Below are positions 28,402 through 35,971 of a stretch of 64,000 nt of DNA, one piece after another (position 1 is the stretch's first letter; every line of letters begins with the position of its first letter). Below the pieces are notes generated by a model. That model was given only the letters and a program-made list of their open reading frames with translations, was not told the origin of the DNA and searched no databases. The translations under genes were made by a program, and so were the position numbers. This DNA is from an uncultured Thermotogae bacterium (GTDB lineage Bacteria; Thermotogota; Thermotogae; MWEM01): assembly GCA_963667315.1 (NCBI GenBank), contig OY763325.1, positions 363,378 to 427,377 of the forward strand, written 5' to 3'.

Positions 28402-29289
28402 TTATTTTTTTTCCAGTGTTTTCCATGTCTGAGAGATATATTGACAAAGGTTTGAATAATCAGTTCCATCAAATGCTTTTATTTCTTCAAGGATTTCAAA
28501 GAATTTTTCTTTACCTTTCTGTATTTTCTTTTTTGCTTTTTCTGTCCCCAGAATTGAAGTCATCGTGTTTTTATTACCTTCAATATCCTTACCCGGCGTT
28601 TTTCCGATATCCTCAAATTTGCCTTCAATTCCTTTAAGATCATCCATTATTTGAAATGTGATGCCGAGTATTTCTCCGGCTTTAGACAATTTTTCAATGT
28701 GTTCTGATTTTCTGCCGGATATGATTGCCGGTGAAATAATCGGGAATTGAACAAGTCTTGCCGTTTTTAATCGGTACATATTTTCTATGAGTGAAAGATC
28801 ATTATTTTCACTCTTTTCATATTGAATGTCAAGATACTCGCCATAAACAAGGTCCATTGCAATTTCTGAAAAATAAGTATTCAAGGTTGTGTTTTTAATC
28901 TGTGAAATGTATTTAAATGCGAGAAAGAAAATATAATCAGCTGCGATAACGGCATTTCCCTGCCCATATTTTTTGTGATGAGATGGAATGCCTCTTCTGA
29001 AATCATCATTGTCTATCTCGGGAAGATCATCATGAATAAGCGAAGCAGTATGTATTAGTTCAACAGCAGTTCCGATTTTGTAAAGCAATTTATGATCAAT
29101 CTCAAGATCAATCCCTGTGTTATAACACAGAGCCGGTCTGAATCTCTTCCCACCGGCTTTGATAGAATATAAAATCTCATCTTTCCAGTTTTTATCTTTT
29201 GTGATTCCTAAATTTAAGTCCAGGGAGTTGTAAAGATATTCCTCAAAATCTGTTTTAGACCATTTCTTCACACATAAAACCCCTTTCAA
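28402..29289 (-). CDS. polyprenyl diphosphate synthase (trans-isoprenyl diphosphate synthase family)
   Basis: 295 aa; first Asp-rich motif IHDDLPEIDNDDFRRG and second motif FQIMDDLKG. Confidence 0.85.
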   Translation of the reverse strand: MKGVLCVKKWSKTDFEEYLYNSLDLNLGITKDKNWKDEILYSIKAGGKRFRPALCYNTGIDLEIDHKLLYKIGTAVELIHTASLIHDDLPEIDNDDFRRGIPSHHKKYGQGNAVIAADYIFFLAFKYISQIKNTTLNTYFSEIAMDLVYGEYLDIQYEKSENNDLSLIENMYRLKTARLVQFPIISPAIISGRKSEHIEKLSKAGEILGITFQIMDDLKGIEGKFEDIGKTPGKDIEGNKNTMTSILGTEKAKKKIQKGKEKFFEILEEIKAFDGTDYSNLCQYISQTWKTLEKK

Positions 29290-29329
29290 TTATGAGCTCT
29301 TTTCTATTTTAACATGTATCTAAACAATT

Positions 29330-30682
29330 TTATAAATAATTTTCCTGTATGATCTTTTTTAAATACCCGATAACATATAACGAACCTGTAATAAGTATCG
29401 GTGCATCGAGTTTTCTTGATAGCTCAACAGCTTTTTCACAAGCCTTTATATGTTCCGGTTCATAATGTACATCATGAGCGTCCCTAATCTTTTTATAGGC
29501 ATCAACAATTAATCTGGTATCCGTTTCCCTTGGTGCATTGGGTTCTGTTACGATTACTTCCTTTGAAATGGATGATAGCTGTGATGTCATAAAAGCGTAA
29601 TCCTTTCCACTGAGCATTCCTGTTAGAAGGACAGCTTTTTTTTCTGGGAAATAAATGTTCCAGTTTTTGATCAATGCTTTAATTCCTTCCGGATTATGCG
29701 CGCCATCAACGATAACAGGGTTTTTCTCAGTTTCGTTCAGTACCTCAAATCGTCCGGGCCAGTATGCCTTCTTTAATCCTTTTCTCAATGCGTCAATATC
29801 CGGATCTATGGTATTTTTCTCACAATAGGCAAGATAAGCCATGATGGCTGTTGATGCATTCTGGAATTGATGAATACCGTTCATTGTTAATTCTATATTA
29901 TCTAAAGTTAAATTTTCAGAATGGAAAGTGAAGCGATTTGAATTGATCTGATTGCTGAGCGCTTCGAAAGAATAATCCCTGTTCACGAGATACATTTTTG
30001 CGTTTTTTTCATTAGCAACATGCGCAATGATTTCAACGGCATCCTTTTTGGTTGTTCCGCAAACCAGTGGCACTTCTTCTTTGATAATGCCTGCTTTTTC
30101 AGCTGCAATCAAAGGTATCGTATCCCCAAGAGTTTTGGTATGATCGAGACCTATTGAGGTGATGATGGTTACATCGGGTGTGAGTGCTGTTGTGGCATCC
30201 AGTCTTCCACCGAGTCCAACTTCCACTGCTGCCACATCTACTCTCTTGTTTTTAAAATATTTAAATGCCATTGCGGTTGTACATTCAAAAAAGCTGGGCT
30301 TCATTTCATCGGATTGAGCATCCATTATGGCAACTGCTTCACTAAGTTGATTGGCTACGGTTACAATATCTTCATCACTGATCATTTCGTTGTTGAATGT
30401 AATTCTTTCATTGAATTTTACCAAATGCGGTGAGAAATTTGCCCCTGTTCTGAGCCCAAGTGTAGTGAAGATGGTAGATAATATTCTTGTGACAGACCCT
30501 TTTCCGTTTGTTCCCGCAACCTGAATGGCTTTGAAAGAATTTTCGGGATTTCCGGCATTTCTCAACAAGGTTTTAATTCTTTGAAGACCAAGCTTAATTG
30601 TTCCATGTGGTCTGGATTTAAAAAAATACTGTAATGTATCATCAATGTTTTCAAATTTTATGATTTCAATTTCTTTTTTCAT
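29330..30682 (-). CDS. folC: folylpolyglutamate synthase / dihydrofolate synthase
   Basis: 450 aa; Mur-ligase P-loop VAGTNGKGSV, folC-type overall pattern. Confidence 0.85.
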   Translation of the reverse strand: MKKEIEIIKFENIDDTLQYFFKSRPHGTIKLGLQRIKTLLRNAGNPENSFKAIQVAGTNGKGSVTRILSTIFTTLGLRTGANFSPHLVKFNERITFNNEMISDEDIVTVANQLSEAVAIMDAQSDEMKPSFFECTTAMAFKYFKNKRVDVAAVEVGLGGRLDATTALTPDVTIITSIGLDHTKTLGDTIPLIAAEKAGIIKEEVPLVCGTTKKDAVEIIAHVANEKNAKMYLVNRDYSFEALSNQINSNRFTFHSENLTLDNIELTMNGIHQFQNASTAIMAYLAYCEKNTIDPDIDALRKGLKKAYWPGRFEVLNETEKNPVIVDGAHNPEGIKALIKNWNIYFPEKKAVLLTGMLSGKDYAFMTSQLSSISKEVIVTEPNAPRETDTRLIVDAYKKIRDAHDVHYEPEHIKACEKAVELSRKLDAPILITGSLYVIGYLKKIIQENYL

Positions 30683-30984
30683 TTATTTTTGAACCCTCCA
30701 AGTTGATATACGTAAACTATTACCTCCGCAACTGCTTTATAAAGTTCAGGAGGTATTTCAGAATAATAATCCAGTTCAAGAAGCTTTTCCACGAGCTTTT
30801 CATCAGAGTAAATAGGAATATCATTTTCAATGGCAATCTCAACAATACGCCGTGCAAGTTCTCCTTTTGCCTGTGCAATCAGTCGAGGGACAGGCCCTGC
30901 CTCAGGGTCATATTTTAAAGCTGCGGCTTCTGTTATCTCATCTTCAAGTATATTCTTTCCAAATTGATTTTTTTTAGGTGTCAT
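30679..30984 (-). CDS. FlhB C-terminal-domain-like small protein (EscU/YscU/FlhB cytoplasmic-domain homolog, YlqH-like)
   Basis: 101 aa; PVPRLIAQAKGELARRIVEIAIENDIPIYSDEKLVEKL matches the conserved core of FlhB/YscU C-domains; no TM region and no NPTH autocleavage site seen. Confidence 0.65.
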   Translation of the reverse strand: MTPKKNQFGKNILEDEITEAAALKYDPEAGPVPRLIAQAKGELARRIVEIAIENDIPIYSDEKLVEKLLELDYYSEIPPELYKAVAEVIVYVYQLGGFKNK

Positions 30985-33584
30985 GCCAGTTTAATAAACC
31001 CTCCATCTCTTTTGTTATCGGTATACAGCTTCACTTTATGTTTAAGGATATCATTTTGATTAGCTTTTTCGCGGATTAAAAGACTTCTTAGCTTATAATC
31101 GGTTTCTTTTATTCTTTTAGAAAGAACCGACGAGTGATTGGTAAATTCACCGGTATGTTCCTGCCCGGCATATATATAGATATCAAGATTTTCACCGCTG
31201 ACAATCGTATCAATAAATACATTTCCAAACCGCTGAGTATCTGTTTCAATATAAACCCTGTACATTTCGGTTTTATCATAACCGCTTTTATTGACACTCT
31301 GCTTTTGAAAATCAACGGCAAACGGTTGCCCGTTAAAGTTCAATAATGCAGAGTATACATGATTGAACTCGTTTTTATCTGAAGTGATGTTTAACATTTT
31401 TAAAAGTTTTTCGGAATTGATTTCATTTTTTTCGGATAAACCCGACTGCAAAGGTTTATCTTCTGTTGTTTTTAACTTTGAATCTAAAGTAGTTTCTTGC
31501 GTTGTTCGATCATCTTTTATTACCGGTGATTTTTCCTGATCAGCGGCTGCTATATTATTTTTAAGTGTAATGGCTTCTTTTCCTCTTGCATTTAGGGATT
31601 TTGATTCTTCAAGTGTATTGACTATCTGTTTCTTTTCTGATGATGAAAGATTGGCAGCTATTTCTTTTGGCAGCTTTGTTAATTGTTTGGTTTCTTGATA
31701 TGGATCATTCTTGATTTGGGAGTTCTTTTCCAAGCCCGCGCTTTTAGAGGTCGTTTCCTGTTTCATTTCCGCTTGCGTATTGGTGTCCATTTTTCTTTGA
31801 CTCTGTGAAGGAGAATTTCTATTTGAATCCGTATCATCCGGTGATGAAATTAATTTTTGAACGAAATCTTTAACAATAATATACGCTTTCTGTGAAAAAG
31901 ACTGTATTCTTGAAATTAAAGATCTTTCATCTGATTGGGCAACTTTGTTGTCAATAATCAACTGAGGAAGTTTAAGTTTAAGGTAGTTTTTTAAAGAATT
32001 GGGGAAAATATTCTGAGCCGTATCCGGTTCTTTAAATGATCTGACAGCTATATTGACAATATCATTTGCGATTAAGACGGTTTCTTTTGGTGGAATACCG
32101 AGTCCATTCAACTGACGCAGTATATTTTTAATCTCAAACTTCAACATAGGATCATTTTTAATGGTTTCAAAGGAGAATTCCTTTGAGATTAAACGCGAGA
32201 AAACTTCTCGGTTTATCTTGATGGACTCAAAATTAATCTGCTCCTCATTTCCCGCTTTTACAAGTTTATTGAGGACAGTCAAGATATTTTTATCCTCAAG
32301 TGGCAGATTATTCTGTTTAATGGTTTCTTCCAATCTTAAATGGAGAGGATGAGTCACTTTTTCTGTTAATAAAGGAGACGTATTGCCCGATATTTTGAGA
32401 GATTCAAATTTTTCTGAGATATGATTTAAGTTTTCATGATTTTTCTCAAGATTTATAGGCTTGCTGATTAGCTCTTTCAAAAGGCCTTTCAATTCGTTAA
32501 CAGTGTTTTTAATCAACTCTTCTTTTGATGCGGGGTCTGTCTGAGTCGATTGATATTTTACATTGAATATGTGTTTGGAAACTGTGCCGGTAATTTGTTT
32601 TTGAATACGGTTCTTTTCCGTATTCACTGTATTTGATGTCTGATTTTCCTCTTGAATCACTGCCTTACCCGTAAAGGTAGAAGGCGGTTGTTCTTTGTTT
32701 TCAACCATTCCTTTGTTTGATGATGTTTTATTTAAAGAGAATGATGGTTTCAAAAGGGTTTCAGAGGCATTTTGAGCAGTCTGTTTGATAACGTTTTTAT
32801 GGGGAAAAGGCTTATCAAAAGAGGGTTTATCTTTTGGCTCAATCAACTTGGAGTCTGAAGATTTAATCTTTTTATCAGAATGATTCCCTTTTTCAGATTC
32901 ATCCTGTATATTTTGCAAAAGAACCCCAGATTCCTTTTTACCGGAATCGGATAGGATCTCAGTTTTTTCTGAATCCCCTTTTAATATTTTTTTGAAATCA
33001 AAGAGAACAAATTCCTTGATGATTTCCTTTTTAATCTTGTCAGGTATATAATCCCATGCCTTGCCCATTGCCTTTGCCTTCAATGAAATTTCTATCAGGC
33101 GTCTGTTAAACGGAAGACGTGAATCATATAAATCGAAGGCATTTTTTGTGTTTTCTACACTCTCTTTTATTTCAATATTAAAATCCTCTTTCAGAATGGA
33201 TTCAGCAAGGTTGGAAATTTGATTCGAGACATGAGCAAATCTCATTTTTTCCGATTGTGGCATTTTATTGATTAAGGTTTCCAACTCCTGTGAAGTCTTA
33301 AACGGTAACGATAGAGAATAGACGTCTATCAGCTTTGCACCGATTTTCTTTAATACTTCACTTGAAACTTCTTGGGGAAGATCTTTACCAAAAAAAACTT
33401 GTATCATATCACCGGTTTTAATCTTTCCGACATTTCCGGGCTCTATTTTATATACTTTATCCTTTATTAAAACCTGTATTTCCTTCCCGTTTTTGGAAAT
33501 AACTTTACCGAGTTGGGCTTCTCCTTTAGTTTTAGAATCAGCCTTTTTTATGTTAATCGGGATTGATATTTGTGAGATATTCAT
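30981..33584 (-). CDS. large protein with FliK-like (hook-length-control type) C-terminal domain
   Basis: 867 aa; the C-terminal approximately 100 aa (FAVDFQKQS ... RFGNVFIDTIVSGENLDIYIYAGQEH ... LSKRIKE) follow the alternating-hydrophobic pattern of the FliK C-terminal domain; stop overlaps the start of the FlhB-like gene (ATGA). Confidence 0.45.
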   Translation of the reverse strand: MNISQISIPINIKKADSKTKGEAQLGKVISKNGKEIQVLIKDKVYKIEPGNVGKIKTGDMIQVFFGKDLPQEVSSEVLKKIGAKLIDVYSLSLPFKTSQELETLINKMPQSEKMRFAHVSNQISNLAESILKEDFNIEIKESVENTKNAFDLYDSRLPFNRRLIEISLKAKAMGKAWDYIPDKIKKEIIKEFVLFDFKKILKGDSEKTEILSDSGKKESGVLLQNIQDESEKGNHSDKKIKSSDSKLIEPKDKPSFDKPFPHKNVIKQTAQNASETLLKPSFSLNKTSSNKGMVENKEQPPSTFTGKAVIQEENQTSNTVNTEKNRIQKQITGTVSKHIFNVKYQSTQTDPASKEELIKNTVNELKGLLKELISKPINLEKNHENLNHISEKFESLKISGNTSPLLTEKVTHPLHLRLEETIKQNNLPLEDKNILTVLNKLVKAGNEEQINFESIKINREVFSRLISKEFSFETIKNDPMLKFEIKNILRQLNGLGIPPKETVLIANDIVNIAVRSFKEPDTAQNIFPNSLKNYLKLKLPQLIIDNKVAQSDERSLISRIQSFSQKAYIIVKDFVQKLISSPDDTDSNRNSPSQSQRKMDTNTQAEMKQETTSKSAGLEKNSQIKNDPYQETKQLTKLPKEIAANLSSSEKKQIVNTLEESKSLNARGKEAITLKNNIAAADQEKSPVIKDDRTTQETTLDSKLKTTEDKPLQSGLSEKNEINSEKLLKMLNITSDKNEFNHVYSALLNFNGQPFAVDFQKQSVNKSGYDKTEMYRVYIETDTQRFGNVFIDTIVSGENLDIYIYAGQEHTGEFTNHSSVLSKRIKETDYKLRSLLIREKANQNDILKHKVKLYTDNKRDGGFIKLA

Positions 33585-33618
33585 AGTTACACCCCTATAC
33601 TATTCTATTCTATTATCG

Positions 33619-34011
33619 TCATAATGCGGGGTTTCTGAAAATATCTTCCAGGCGTTCCCAGTTTTTACTGAGAAAAAGATACCCGATCAATGTTTCAAAT
33701 GCAGTAGCATATCTGTAGTCAATATCATTGCCTCTTTTTTTTGCACCCTTTGAATTTAATCCCTTTTTTACGATTTCTTTTTCTTCTTTATTTAACCTTT
33801 CCATACAATCTTCCAATAATTGTTTTTGACCGGATGCACGTTTTAATTCAACCCCACGACGGTTTGCCAGGATGGTTTTTGTCCTGCCGTCTTTTATCGA
33901 CAAAAAAGTTGCGATGAGATTAAAAAAGGAGTCCCCAATATACGCATAGATATCCGTAGGGATTTCATTTTTATTTTTTACAATTTTATCGAAATCAAAA
34001 AGACTTTCCAT
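33619..34011 (-). CDS. mrnC: Mini-ribonuclease 3 (Mini-III)
   Basis: About 130 aa from the internal MESLFDF start; RNase III catalytic signature AYIGDSFFNL and conserved C-terminal ATAFETLIGYLFL. The ORF-track N-terminus (to 34083) would overlap pilT and is probably not used. Confidence 0.75.
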   Translation of the reverse strand: MESLFDFDKIVKNKNEIPTDIYAYIGDSFFNLIATFLSIKDGRTKTILANRRGVELKRASGQKQLLEDCMERLNKEEKEIVKKGLNSKGAKKRGNDIDYRYATAFETLIGYLFLSKNWERLEDIFRNPAL

Positions 34012-34018
34012 CGTTGTA

Positions 34019-35092
34019 TTAATATCTGAATGTTCCAAATTTTTTCCCCACTTTTTCGGTATCCCTGCAATATTGCATGACACTTTCTTTTGTTATCAAT
34101 TTGTTTTCATATGCCTCGATTAAAGCATCATCAAAGGACTTCATCCCAAACTTTTTCCCCGTTTCCATCAGCGTTCCTATCTGATGAAGTTTCTGTTCTC
34201 TGATCAGATTTCTGACGCCGGGTGTTGCGAGCATGATTTCAGCAACAGGAAAAAAACCCTCGTCGTCAGCTTTTCGGACTAAACGCTGATATAGAACACC
34301 AATGAGAGAATTAGCGAGCTGTAGTGTAATCTGTTTTTGCTGATGAGCCGGAAAAACATCGATAATTCTTTCCGGTGCTGTTGGCGCGGAATTTGTATGA
34401 ATGGTTCCGAATACAAGATGTCCCGTTTCTGCTGCTGTCAAAGCGAGTGCCATCGTATCAAGATCCCTCATTTCTCCCACGAGTATAACATCCGGATCCT
34501 GCCTCAAGGCGTATTTCAATCCGTCTTTAAAAGAGTCGGTATCCAATCCGAGTTCCCTTTGATGAACAAGTGCTTTCTTGCTTTCAAATATATATTCTAT
34601 CGGGTCTTCTACGGTGAGGATATGAACATTTTTGATCATGTTGATATGTTCAAGCATCGCTGCCATAGAAGTTGATTTACCACTTCCGGTGGGACCTGCA
34701 ACGAGGATCAGTCCGCTTTTTTTCTCGCTCCATTCTTTTAATACAGCGGGTAGTTTTAGCTCCTCAAGTGTTCTGACTTTCTTTGTGATAATTCTGAAAG
34801 CGGCAGCTGGATTTCTTCTTTCGTAATAAATGTTCGCTCTGACACGAATGACATCCTTAATTCCGAATGAAAAATCAAGTTCTTTCTGTTCACCTTTTTT
34901 AAGATTAATTTTTTCATAAAGGTATTCAAGGCTTTTTTCCAATTCCTCTTTGCTAAAGATCGGAACATCCTGAAGGCGCTGTAATTCACCAAAGACCCTG
35001 TAAACAGGGTGCTCGCCAACAGAAAGATGCACATCTGATGCATTAAGTCTGTGTGCATGATAAATAAGTTTTGGTATATCAATAATTGCCAT
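34019..35092 (-). CDS. pilT: type IV pilus retraction ATPase PilT
   Basis: 357 aa; PilT N-terminal signature ASDVHLSVGEHPVYRV, Walker A GPTGSGKST, Asp box, Walker B DPDVILVGEMRD, His box GHLVFGTIHT. Confidence 0.9.
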   Translation of the reverse strand: MAIIDIPKLIYHAHRLNASDVHLSVGEHPVYRVFGELQRLQDVPIFSKEELEKSLEYLYEKINLKKGEQKELDFSFGIKDVIRVRANIYYERRNPAAAFRIITKKVRTLEELKLPAVLKEWSEKKSGLILVAGPTGSGKSTSMAAMLEHINMIKNVHILTVEDPIEYIFESKKALVHQRELGLDTDSFKDGLKYALRQDPDVILVGEMRDLDTMALALTAAETGHLVFGTIHTNSAPTAPERIIDVFPAHQQKQITLQLANSLIGVLYQRLVRKADDEGFFPVAEIMLATPGVRNLIREQKLHQIGTLMETGKKFGMKSFDDALIEAYENKLITKESVMQYCRDTEKVGKKFGTFRY

Positions 35093-35096
35093 ATAA

Positions 35097-35960
35097 TCAC
35101 CTCAAGATTGTTAGAATTTCACCTGATTTTAATCCGCTAACCAGAATTAAATCATCTTTTCTCTCGATTATTTCGACAGTTATAAGTGTCCCATCAGCTA
35201 ATCGAACGGTAGAATCAATCAGGTATTCAATCGGAATCCACGCCAAATCGTCGCTATGATAACTGATCTGAACTTTTCCATAAAGAAAATCTAAATTAGC
35301 ACTGTTGATTTCTTCAAGTTTCAGAGGAATTTTAATGAGTAAATCACTTTGCTGTTCTTTTATATCATCAGGGTTAATCATCATTTTGATGTTCTCAGGC
35401 TTAATTTCAAGGCTGAGATATTCAGCTCTTTGAATAAAATTTCTGTCATTTTGAGTATAGACTAAATACATTTCACTGTCAGCTTCAATCAGAGAAAACA
35501 AAGTTGTTCCTTTTTCAGTAAACAGATTTTCACGCGCCTTCATTCCAACAATATATCCATCAACGGGAGAGATCACTTTGGTATTCGAAAGTTTCTTTTC
35601 GGCAAGGGCGATCGCCTTTTTCTTTTCGTCCTGAATAGCACTTCCGGAATTCAAAACGGCCATTGCATATTCATTTCTTGCTTTTGACAAAAGGAATTCT
35701 TCTTCATCACTTTCGAAGTTCATCAGAATGGAACCTTTATGTACAAAATCTCCTCTTTTCACATATGTTCTTTCAATGAAATCATCGTTAGCTGCTTTAA
35801 TCTCAACGGTTTTGTTGAATTTTATCTTTTCCTCAAAAGAATAGACTTCCAATTTCTTAAAAGTAGATACTTCGAATTGAGAATCCTGATTAAAATAGAC
35901 GATGGAGATGATAATGGATACGATGATGAAGATACCAAAAAATACCGGGATTTTTTTCAA
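35097..35960 (-). CDS. single-pass membrane protein with HlyD/membrane-fusion-protein-like fold (tentative)
   Basis: 287 aa; N-terminal TM (IPVFFGIFIIVSIIISIVYF), biotinyl/lipoyl-like hairpin (VKRGDFVHKGSILMNFES), coiled segment, beta-barrel-like VISPVDGYIVGM. No cognate transporter adjacent. Confidence 0.45.
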   Translation of the reverse strand: MKKIPVFFGIFIIVSIIISIVYFNQDSQFEVSTFKKLEVYSFEEKIKFNKTVEIKAANDDFIERTYVKRGDFVHKGSILMNFESDEEEFLLSKARNEYAMAVLNSGSAIQDEKKKAIALAEKKLSNTKVISPVDGYIVGMKARENLFTEKGTTLFSLIEADSEMYLVYTQNDRNFIQRAEYLSLEIKPENIKMMINPDDIKEQQSDLLIKIPLKLEEINSANLDFLYGKVQISYHSDDLAWIPIEYLIDSTVRLADGTLITVEIIERKDDLILVSGLKSGEILTILR

Positions 35961-35971
35961 ATTTACACCTC

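Noticed and set aside
33619-34083. N-terminal extension of the Mini-III ORF (first 24 codons)
   Set aside because: Would overlap the pilT coding end by about 65 nt; the internal MESLFDF start leaves a 7-nt gap and gives a normal Mini-III length.
34756-35100. 114-aa minus-strand ORF
   Set aside because: Alternative frame overlapping the well-supported pilT N-terminus.
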